Source of the DNA: a virus
Lineage: Duplodnaviria > Caudoviricetes
Length of the DNA stretch: 64,000 nucleotides
Reading direction: 5' to 3' (one strand)
Virus record (IMG/VR): IMGVR_UViG_3300009185_000001
Span: 128,001-192,000 of that record
Shown here: positions 46,507 to 53,691 of the stretch, piece after piece
How the letters are laid out: each line of letters begins with the position of its first letter
Position numbering within the stretch: the stretch's first letter is position 1
Program-made: the position numbers and the translations under genes
Notes under the pieces: model-generated
What the model saw: the letters and a program-made list of their open reading frames with translations, nothing else
Told to the model about the DNA's origin: nothing
The model's database searches: none

Positions 46507-47253
46507 ATGGGTAAAGTAATAGAGTTTATAGCAAACACAAAAGAAATGTTGGAGGTTATTGAAAAACCATATCCAGCAATAACAAAACTTCCTGATTGGA
46601 TTAGTAATACTCCTTCGTATATCAATTGTAAAAAATCTGTGGATGAATTTGGTGATCCTACCAGCACCATTAAAAAATGTCTACCCGTAGTAGATGCTAT
46701 GACTGCGGGATATCATATTCCACTTCATTGCGATGTTTGGGTAGAAAATGCAGGACCAAGTGATATTAATATAAAATGGTCTTGGGATACCCTACAAGTA
46801 ATTGATATGCAGAAGCAAGAACAAATGCAAACATATCCCGTTCCAGAAGGATTTTATCCTACATCATTTAAATTTATAAATCCTTGGATTGTAAAGACTC
46901 CTGCGGGGTGGTCTTGTTTGTTTACACATCCACTCCACTATGATGATCTTCCATATAAATGCCTTCCAGCAATTGTAGATACCGATAAGCATCCAATTCC
47001 TGTTAATTTTTTATTCTTTTTAAATAAAAATTTTTCCGGATTGATAGAAAAGGGAACACCGATGATACAAGTCATTCCATTTAAACGAGAAGATTTTAAA
47101 TCTCAATTTTCATTTGATACAGGAAGCTTTAAGCAAAAATGGGAAAAGGCTCATCAAGTATTTTTTGATAGATATAAAAGATTTTTCAGATCTCCCAAGA
47201 AATATGAACAAGGGGATATTAAAAATTGTCCGTTTGCATTTTTACATAAATAA
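46507..47253 (+). CDS. Conserved phage hypothetical protein (DUF6065-like)
   Basis: TIKKCLPVVDAMTAGY, FINPWIVKTPAGWSCLF, GTPMIQVIPFKRE; promoter TTGACA-16-TATCTT at 46473-46500. Confidence 0.6.
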   Translation: MGKVIEFIANTKEMLEVIEKPYPAITKLPDWISNTPSYINCKKSVDEFGDPTSTIKKCLPVVDAMTAGYHIPLHCDVWVENAGPSDINIKWSWDTLQVIDMQKQEQMQTYPVPEGFYPTSFKFINPWIVKTPAGWSCLFTHPLHYDDLPYKCLPAIVDTDKHPIPVNFLFFLNKNFSGLIEKGTPMIQVIPFKREDFKSQFSFDTGSFKQKWEKAHQVFFDRYKRFFRSPKKYEQGDIKNCPFAFLHK

Positions 47254-47265
47254 CTAAATATTAAT

Positions 47266-47460
47266 ATGAACCTAACATTAACACATAAAACTGAGTTTAA
47301 ACCCAATTCAAGCTTCATGGAGCGTGAATCTTTGATCAATACCGAAACTCTTAAGATAATGGATACTCTTAGACAAAAAGGGTTCTATCCACTGGAACAT
47401 ACAGTTACAAACAAAAACGATAAGACAGCAACGATCACAGTTGCTTATAGAGCACAATAA
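47266..47460 (+). CDS. Small hypothetical protein
   Basis: 64 aa; ACTAAATA upstream. Confidence 0.5.
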   Translation: MNLTLTHKTEFKPNSSFMERESLINTETLKIMDTLRQKGFYPLEHTVTNKNDKTATITVAYRAQ

Positions 47461-47592
47461 ATGAGTGCAGGAAAGGGAGATAAACCTAGAAGTTGCTTTT
47501 CAAAGCAGTTTAAAGATAACTATGATTCTATAAAATGGAAGAGCAAAGAATCAGAACATAATCAAAATAATAAAACCAGCAAGAAAAAATAA
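47461..47592 (+). CDS. 43-aa basic phage peptide (absent from the ORF track)
   Basis: MSAGKGDKPRSCFSKQFKDNYDSIKW...; abuts the preceding stop codon. Confidence 0.55.
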   Translation: MSAGKGDKPRSCFSKQFKDNYDSIKWKSKESEHNQNNKTSKKK

Positions 47593-48125
47593 TTTTCAAT
47601 GTTAAAAGATTTTATTTATACTATAAAGTTTTTCTTTTGGTATGTTTTTTTTATAATAAAGAAACTTCCGACATTGACATACCTGTTCTTGTATAAAGAA
47701 TATCTTTATATTAGAGTAATGTTTTTAGAAATTTTTAAATAATCATGTACAAAATTAAATATAAAATCGCAGAGTTTATTGTTAATATTCAATTGTTTTT
47801 CAGTAAGAAATATTCTTATCAATATTATCAGAATTTGTATCTTTTGGAAGACATAGTGAAAGAAGGATATATAGAAAAAATTTCTAAACAAACAAAAACC
47901 GATTGGACTAATTTTTACAATTAGGTAAAAACAGGTACAAAGTTGATCTAAAAAGTACTTTAAAATAGGAAAAAAGTTCCTAAAACTGGCATAAAACTTG
48001 CTATAGGTACATATTTTTTTCAATTTTTTAAAACCACTTTTGTTTATAATCAGGGACTTATATAATTTAATATAAAATTGAATTAAAATAAGAGACTTTT
48101 CTTTGTTTTAAATATAAATAGATAT

Positions 48126-48404
48126 ATGAAATTTGATTTACTTGTAGAAAGTTTGCTAAACGAAGCCGCTCGTTGTAAGGGTCCAACTAAAAAAACCCAA
48201 TCTGACCGAAAGGGTAAGAAATACATGCAGTGTGTAAAAAATCCAAAAGGCAAGGGATATAAAAGAGTTCATTTTGGACAAGCAGGAGTAAAGGTAACAG
48301 GAAAGTCTGGAAACACAAAACGAAAAAAATCATTTCGTGCAAGACACAAATGCTCCACTGCAAAACCGGGCACGGCCAAATATTTAAGTTGTAAAAATTG
48401 GTAG
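48126..48404 (+). CDS. Small basic Cys-containing late protein (probable internal head protein)
   Basis: TATAAATA 48113-48120; N-terminus MKFDLLVESLLNE; KSFRARHKC...YLSCKNW. Confidence 0.7.
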   Translation: MKFDLLVESLLNEAARCKGPTKKTQSDRKGKKYMQCVKNPKGKGYKRVHFGQAGVKVTGKSGNTKRKKSFRARHKCSTAKPGTAKYLSCKNW

Positions 48405-48415
48405 GTTAAAAATGA

Positions 48416-49117
48416 ATGAAAACAAAAAGGCTTATAAAAGAAGAAATTCTTCATATAAAAAACCGTTTAAATGCTATAAGCCTGAAATGTGAGAGTTCAA
48501 GCGATATATGTAGTTTTTTTGATTATGAAATAAGCCCTAAATTGAAAAAAGCATGTAATTCCGACTCTAGTTTTTTAGATTATTATGCTACTTCCAAATC
48601 ACTTTTAGAAATTTTTGGCCAGCTTGCAGTCCTTCGACCAGAAAAATCATATGTTTTAGATGTAATGCAAAATGTTGAAAAAAGATTAGATGATATTATA
48701 GAAAATAATGTAGAAAGAAATTATCTTATGAATTATTCTTTATTTTTTAATTATATTTTATCTCGTAGAATTTTGTATAGTCTAGATACATTAATGAATA
48801 GTGATAAATTTAAAGAAACTTTTTTAAATATAGAAAAAATAGAAAAAATGATTACTCCAAGAAATTTTGACAGTTTTAAAACAATTATGTGGTATAATTT
48901 GTTGATATTATTTGGTATTTATGATGATAAAGATCCTGCTGGTTCTTTCAAAAAATCTGTTGAAAACTTTTTAACTTGTTTAGAATCTTTCGGTCCTTCT
49001 ATTCAAAATAATACAAGGGATTATTATAAAATGCTCAGAAATGAAGAGGAATACCACATACCACCTGATAAAAAAGAATTGTATAAAAGACATGATGGTA
49101 ATGATGATATGTTTTAA
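48416..49117 (+). CDS. Hypothetical protein
   Basis: 233-aa ORF. Confidence 0.55.
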   Translation: MKTKRLIKEEILHIKNRLNAISLKCESSSDICSFFDYEISPKLKKACNSDSSFLDYYATSKSLLEIFGQLAVLRPEKSYVLDVMQNVEKRLDDIIENNVERNYLMNYSLFFNYILSRRILYSLDTLMNSDKFKETFLNIEKIEKMITPRNFDSFKTIMWYNLLILFGIYDDKDPAGSFKKSVENFLTCLESFGPSIQNNTRDYYKMLRNEEEYHIPPDKKELYKRHDGNDDMF

Positions 49118-49161
49118 AATTTTTTAATTGACATACTACGTTTTTATTATATCATATTGTT

Positions 49162-50037
49162 ATGAGCAAAGTATTAATTTTAGGAAAAGGTTTCGTTGGT
49201 AACTATTTAAACAAACGACTGTCGGTTAAAAATAAACTTCACATCTCTAAAAAAGATGTGGACTACTCTGATTATAATACATTTTTTAATTTCTTAAAAA
49301 AGCATAAATATCCAGCACCAGAAGAACAAAGAATTGAGCATGTTATAAACTGTTCTGGATATACGGGATCTCCAAACGTAGATGCCTGTGAAGATAACAA
49401 AGAATCTTGTTATCACTACAATGTAACAATTCCATTATACATCACAGAAGCATGTAATCGTTTAAGCATTCCAATAACACATATCGGAAGTGGATGTATA
49501 TATGATGGGTATGAAAAATTTTATAGCGAAGAAGACATTCCGAACTTTGGAGCAGATTGTCATTATTCTTCGTTTTACTCAAAGACAAAAGATGCCTTTG
49601 AAAAACTTTCTGCTCGCTTTGATAGGTCTGTGTTGAGAATTAGGATGCCATTCTGCGAAGAAGTTAATCCTAAAAATTATATAAACAAACTCCTCAATTA
49701 TGATACTTTGATATCTAAACCAAATTCATTAACATCTTTATATGATTTGAGTTTATTTGTTAATAAGTTTATATCAAGCGGATTAAGTGGAGTTTATAAT
49801 ATTGTAAATGATGGATCCATCGACTCCATAGAAATTACAAGAATTCTTAAGACACATGGAGTTGATAATCCTAATTGGAAATTCGTTTCAATTAAAGATT
49901 TATCAACTAAAACACAAAGAAGTAACTGTATTCTCTCTACAGAAAAAATTGAAAAGAATTTTGGAAAGCTTCCAAATGTCACAGAAAGCCTAGAATGGGC
50001 AGTAAAATATTTTGCGGAAAATTTAAAAAAACAATGA
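49162..50037 (+). CDS. NAD(P)-dependent nucleotide-sugar epimerase/reductase (RmlD/UER1-like extended SDR)
   Basis: ILGKGFVG, NCSGYTGSPNVDACE, HIGSGCIY, YSKTK (YxxxK), LRIRMP; promoter TTGACA-16-TATCAT at 49128-49155. Confidence 0.85.
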   Translation: MSKVLILGKGFVGNYLNKRLSVKNKLHISKKDVDYSDYNTFFNFLKKHKYPAPEEQRIEHVINCSGYTGSPNVDACEDNKESCYHYNVTIPLYITEACNRLSIPITHIGSGCIYDGYEKFYSEEDIPNFGADCHYSSFYSKTKDAFEKLSARFDRSVLRIRMPFCEEVNPKNYINKLLNYDTLISKPNSLTSLYDLSLFVNKFISSGLSGVYNIVNDGSIDSIEITRILKTHGVDNPNWKFVSIKDLSTKTQRSNCILSTEKIEKNFGKLPNVTESLEWAVKYFAENLKKQ

Positions 50038-50363
50038 AATTTAACAATCTTTTTAAAAAATATCTGAAAGAAACTCAATTAGAATTTGATTTCAAATATC
50101 CCTCGAAAGAAGAAAAATCAGAAGAGAAGAAAAAACTTCCAGAACCTTCCTTGAAGGATAAGTCTTTGTCAGATTCAAAATTAAGAACCTTCACCGTATT
50201 TTGGGATAGAAATACATATGAAACAACTGCCATTTCAAGGCAAGAAGCAATTTCTCATATTGCTGCTAGATTGTCAAAAGGGTCAACCAAACCTATCGGA
50301 GTTCTAAAAAATGAAATGGCAAATTCATTAGTAAGAGACGAAAAGTGGAATGTAAAATATTAA
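50034..50363 (+). CDS. Hypothetical protein (possible internal head protein)
   Basis: ATG 50034 overlaps the upstream stop; MKFNNLFKKYLKE. Confidence 0.55.
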   Translation: MKFNNLFKKYLKETQLEFDFKYPSKEEKSEEKKKLPEPSLKDKSLSDSKLRTFTVFWDRNTYETTAISRQEAISHIAARLSKGSTKPIGVLKNEMANSLVRDEKWNVKY

Positions 50364-50408
50364 AAGATTTTTCTTGATATTTCCAGAAATATCTCATACA
50401 GTAAATCC

Positions 50409-50552
50409 ATGTTCACATTCATGGTAATTGCCACTTCAGAAGAAGAACCGTTTCTAGTAGAAGCAAACACTCAAGAAGAAGCACAGACAAAAGCATTAGA
50501 ACTCTTGGGCTGGCACGTAATCAAAACAGAAGATGATTCAGAATCTGAATAA
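50409..50552 (+). CDS. 47-aa acidic early protein (absent from the ORF track)
   Basis: MFTFMVIATSEEEPFLVEANTQEEAQTKALELLGW...; TTGATA-17-TACAGT at 50374-50402, ATG 7 nt later. Confidence 0.6.
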   Translation: MFTFMVIATSEEEPFLVEANTQEEAQTKALELLGWHVIKTEDDSESE

Positions 50553-50595
50553 GATTTTTATTGACAGTAACAAAACCTTTTAATACTATATAAAA

Positions 50596-50955
50596 ATGCC
50601 AAGAGGTAGACCAAGAAAAAACATTTCTACAAAGAATCTAATTGATAAAAGTATTGTGGGTGTACGCAAGAAACGTACCAAGTCTATTGTTCCAAGTATT
50701 GTGAAAAGACCAGTGGAAGAATTGACTACTAAAGAACGCGAAGAAAGAGAAAAATGGTTGGATAGCTTCTTGCCCAAGATTGATCTCAATAAGAAAACTG
50801 TTGTCCTTGATTTGAATAAGAATGTAGAAGCATGTAAAGAACATACCAAAGGTGCTTGCGTTCGCCCTGACATATATCTAGACTATGGATGTAATCACTG
50901 CTCGCTATTTGAGAATTGTGCATGTCGCCTAAAAAAAGTTAAAAAAAATTATTGA
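50596..50955 (+). CDS. Basic protein with AT-hook-like N-terminus and Cys cluster
   Basis: MPRGRPRK; C...C...CxxC...CxC; TTGACA-17-TACTAT at 50561-50589. Confidence 0.65.
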   Translation: MPRGRPRKNISTKNLIDKSIVGVRKKRTKSIVPSIVKRPVEELTTKEREEREKWLDSFLPKIDLNKKTVVLDLNKNVEACKEHTKGACVRPDIYLDYGCNHCSLFENCACRLKKVKKNY

Positions 50956-50980
50956 CTTTACCGGAAATTTGAAATATAGT
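50952..50980 (+). promoter_or_regulatory. sigma70-type promoter driving the structured-RNA/tRNA region
   Basis: TTGACT-17-TATAGT with TTACCGGAAAT in the spacer; no ORF follows. Confidence 0.7.
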
Positions 50981-50986
50981 CCTATA

Positions 50987-51500
50987 CATGATTTCGAATG
51001 ACAAAGCTTGGTTGGTAAATAATAAGAGTTTCTGTGGTGGTTACTCTTATTATTTCGGAAGTCCTACCTTCTGTGGTGGTAGGTAGGACTTCCTTAAATT
51101 TGTGAGTTGGTTCCCGATGAGCCAATGGGACTGGGAATACTCGGTCGAAACCAAAATCGGAAATTGATATTTGACATTTTAATTTTTTGGTAGATAGAGT
51201 AGTAATACCTATCCCTGTGGACTCGAAAGAGGAGTGATATCTGAAAAGAAGCGTTTCGAGAGTATTCGCACTCACTTACCAAATAATATTTTAAACCCGC
51301 CATGCCTCTGCTTGCAAGAGTAGTTTCTGAAGGCCAAGGCAACTAAGCAAGTCATGCATAATTTGGCGGGTGTTTTTATCAAGCGCAGATGCTATTTAAA
51401 AAGCTCTACCGCGACAGATGACAATGCAATGTTTCCGGAAACAACATTTAATCTGTAGGGAACTTCTCCTTAATAATCAAAAAAGAATGAGAAGTCTTGG
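50987..51500 (+). ncRNA. Unidentified highly structured RNA, 5' part
   Basis: Consecutive stems at 51017-51055, 51057-51093, 51188-51281, 51295-51372 and 51462-51496; GNRA-type loops; no credible ORF. Confidence 0.6.
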
Positions 51501-51514
51501 TAATAAATTTAAAT

Positions 51515-51601
51515 GGGTTACTATACCGTTAAAGAGGCGGTCCAGACTGTAAATCTGGCGTGTTCTGCACTCACTAGGAGCATTACCTAGGTAGCCCACC
51601 A
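51515..51601 (+). tRNA. trnY: tRNA-Tyr(GUA) with non-canonical T-loop
   Basis: Acceptor GGGUUAC/GUAGCCC, anticodon arm CCAGA-CUGUAAA-UCUGG, long variable arm, T-arm CUAGG-AGCAUUA-CCUAG, ACCA. Confidence 0.85.
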
Positions 51602-51639
51602 TTTTAATATAGAAAGAATAGATAGTGTTAGTAATAAAT

Positions 51640-52000
51640 TTTGACTGGGATGTTGGTCTAGAAAATCATCATCTAAGGAGTGGAACTGGACGTGGAGAAC
51701 TGGTAATTAGTAGGGACACAATTCATATAAGCCCTACATCCTATTTATAGGTACGGAGATGACCGTGAATTGCGTTTCACAGGATAGAGAAATCTATAAC
51801 CCCTTTAGCTTTAAAAAGCACACCAGTTTATTTTTGATAAGTCGGACGGGGAATGTGTGCTGTGCATTCTTAAAAAGCTCACCGTTGCAGACGTATCACC
51901 AGACCCGATTAGGCAGGGGGTAACAAGTAACCTTCGTCCAACGTGTTAAAAACACGGTAGCCAATGAAGAGCTTTCTGGAATTGATATTTAAAATTATAT
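51640..52000 (+). ncRNA. Unidentified highly structured RNA, 3' part, containing a 23S rRNA H42-H44-like junction
   Basis: GACUGGGAUGUUGGUCUAGAAAAUCAUCAUCUAAGGAGUG ... GCACACCAGUU plus many short hairpins. Confidence 0.6.
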
Positions 52001-52015
52001 TGTAAATAGTTTATA

Positions 52016-52088
52016 TGCGGGTTACAGTTCTGGCGAACTGAGGGGTTTCATAAGCCTCTTTAGGTGGATTCGATTTCCACACCCGCAA
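52016..52088 (+). tRNA. tRNA with CAU anticodon (Met or lysidine-Ile2)
   Basis: UGCGGGU/ACCCGCA, D-stem CAGU/ACUG, loop UUCAUAA, T-arm GUGGA-UUCGAUU-UCCAC; no encoded CCA. Confidence 0.8.
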
Positions 52089-52096
52089 TTTTTAAT

Positions 52097-52231
52097 TCCT
52101 CATTAGACGAATTGGTAAAGTCACGGGACTGTGGGAGAAGCAGGTTAGCGTAATATGAGTTCGATTCTCATAACTCCAAGTCTAATCCCGCGCAGCAATG
52201 CATTCTTCGTTCAAGTCGAAGATGAGGAGCA
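52097..52231 (+). tRNA. Type II tRNA body with a 50-nt insertion in the anticodon loop
   Basis: UCCUCAU/AUGAGGA, D-arm GAC/GUC, anticodon stem CGGGA/UCCCG, variable arm GCA-GCAA-UGC, T-arm CUUCG-UUCAAGU-CGAAG; insert 52131-52180. Confidence 0.75.
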
Positions 52232-52289
52232 TTTTAGAATAGATAAAAAGGTTCTCGATGATCCAGATAAAAAAAATCGAAAATACTTC

Positions 52290-52318
52290 TTGACCTTTTC
52301 AGAAAAAATTGTTAGAGT
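52290..52318 (+). promoter_or_regulatory. sigma70-type promoter for the second tRNA group
   Basis: TTGACC-17-TAGAGT. Confidence 0.6.
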
Positions 52319-52393
52319 ATTTGAAGATTAGTAAAGGTTATCTGAACCTTGTAAAAAAATCAGAAAAGATTTTTGATAGAATAGAATTTATAT

Positions 52394-52736
52394 GGTCGAG
52401 TGGTGGAATGGCAGACACAACGGACTTAGAGAAATTTGAGCTTTGATTGGGAAACCTTTCAAATGTAACTTGTCAAATTCGGTGAAGGGTTTAAACTCCT
52501 AATACCGAGCCAAGCATCGAAAGATGAAGGTGTAGAGACTTGACGGCAAGAACCTAAAGCGAAAGCAATGGTTAAGGTAAAGTCCAGACTACAAACAGAT
52601 TGAGAAAAGTAAATCCCGAAAGGATTGAACAGAGCGGTAAATACGCTGACTGACGAATCTGGTAACGAAAGTTATAGTAGTAAGAAAATCCGTTGCCAGT
52701 AATGGCGTGAGGATTCGAGTTCCTCCTCGACTACCA
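52394..52736 (+). tRNA. trnL: tRNA-Leu(UAA) split by a group I intron
   Basis: Exons 52394-52427 and 52685-52736 rejoin as ACGGA-CUUAAAA-UCCGU; acceptor GGUCGAG/CUCGACU; ACCA. Confidence 0.92.
52428..52684 (+). mobile_element. Group I intron (257 nt) in the tRNA-Leu anticodon, no ORF
   Basis: Follows U34 and ends in G. P1 CUU/AG with UUGAG; AAAUUCGGUGAA; AAUACCGAGCCAAG; GUAGAGACUU; AAGGUAAAGUCC; P9.0-like ACUAC/GUAGU. Confidence 0.9.
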
Positions 52737-52744
52737 ATTTAAAA

Positions 52745-52838
52745 GCAAGGTTAGTGTAACTGGAAGCACCGACAGACTTATAATCTGTGTATCCTAGATT
52801 TGGATCGAGCGTGGGTTCAATTCCCACACCTTGCACCA
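52745..52838 (+). tRNA. trnI: tRNA-Ile(UAU) with long variable arm
   Basis: GCAAGGU/ACCUUGC, ACAGA-CUUAUAA-UCUGU, 22-nt variable region with AUCC/GGAU, GUGGG-UUCAAUU-CCCAC, ACCA. Confidence 0.8.
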
Positions 52839-52861
52839 TTTTGTAAGTAGTTGATTTAGAT

Positions 52862-52933
52862 AGGGGTGAAGCATATTGGTCATGCGCTCTGCTCATAACG
52901 GAAGGAAAGTGGGTTCGATCCCCATCGCCCCTA
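52862..52933 (+). tRNA. tRNA with CAU anticodon (Met/Ile2)
   Basis: AGGGGUG/CGCCCCU, GCAU/AUGC, loop CUCAUAA, GUGGG-UUCGAUC-CCCAU. Confidence 0.8.
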
Positions 52934-52945
52934 CATTTTTCATAA

Positions 52946-53030
52946 GCACTTGTAACTCAACGCTCTTCTAAAGCGTCCTTTAACGAGTAATTGGATATAA
53001 GGTCTGTTGGTTCGAATCCAACCAAGTGCG
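52946..53030 (+). tRNA. Rearranged tRNA-Arg(UCU)-like gene
   Basis: Acceptor GCACUUG/CAAGUGC, T-arm GUUGG-UUCGAAU-CCAAC and anticodon arm ACGCU-CUUCUAA-AGCGU are intact, but the D-arm parts are out of order. Confidence 0.7.
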
Positions 53031-53204
53031 CTTAATAAACAAAATACAGGTTCAAATCTCATTTCAATACAATGCCCCACAAAAAACCCAAACCCTCCCA
53101 CAAAGAAATTCTAAAATATCTGGAATTTCTTTCCTCAATCAAAAAAGTAAAGCCTTCTAAAACTCTCTTGACACCCAAGAAAAACTAACATACCATCTAA
53201 CATC

Positions 53205-53513
53205 ATGGATATACTAAGAATCCTCCCAAAGGGAGAAAACATTGAAAACATAATAGAATCATTTAGAAGTACTTTAATCAATTCTAAATGTGAACATTCT
53301 GCCAAGGTGTCGGTTTTCGTAGTAACAAAAGAAAAGTTTGAAAGGTCATGGAATTTAATATATCCAAACAATGAAGATGCCTTGTTGGAATCCTTGAAGA
53401 AAGAATATTTGGAATTGATTAACCAGAGACGAGTAACCGTAACAGTGGCAGAGGAAGAGAATTATTTTTTAAAAAACATTAAAAAAAATATTGACGAGAA
53501 CGATATTTTTTAA
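53205..53513 (+). CDS. Hypothetical protein
   Basis: 102 aa; TTGACA-17-TACCAT at 53168-53196. Confidence 0.55.
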   Translation: MDILRILPKGENIENIIESFRSTLINSKCEHSAKVSVFVVTKEKFERSWNLIYPNNEDALLESLKKEYLELINQRRVTVTVAEEENYFLKNIKKNIDENDIF

Positions 53514-53525
53514 TACATTCAAATT

Positions 53526-53690
53526 ATGGAAGAAAACTACATCAAACTAATAAGCAAATACGGAAATCAAAAAGTGGAATTCACAATTGATCCCGACATT
53601 GACATGACAGTAATGGTATCAACTCTGGAATGCTTCTTGAAAGCTATTGGATACCAATTCAATACACTGGAGGAATGGATTAACGAATAA
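53526..53690 (+). CDS. 54-aa hypothetical protein (absent from the ORF track)
   Basis: MEENYIKLISKYGNQKVEFTIDPD...; TTGACG-17-TACATT at 53491-53519, ATG 7 nt later. Confidence 0.6.
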   Translation: MEENYIKLISKYGNQKVEFTIDPDIDMTVMVSTLECFLKAIGYQFNTLEEWINE

Positions 53691-53691
53691 T

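Noticed and set aside
51031-51080. Chi-site explanation for the TCTGTGGTGGT loops
   Set aside because: Does not match GCTGGTGG or GNTGGTGG.
51104-51152. Hammerhead-like CCGAUGAG...CGAAAC
   Set aside because: Core has C in place of the conserved U, and no stem I can form; a simple hairpin UUGGUU/AGCCAA explains it.
50982-51342. Two minus-strand ORFs over the structured RNA, and 52672-52896 over the tRNAs
   Set aside because: Antisense to promoter-driven structured RNA/tRNA genes, with no coding features.
53040-53070. Possible further tRNA (CAGGTTCAAATCT)
   Set aside because: Only a T-loop-like fragment; no acceptor or anticodon stem.
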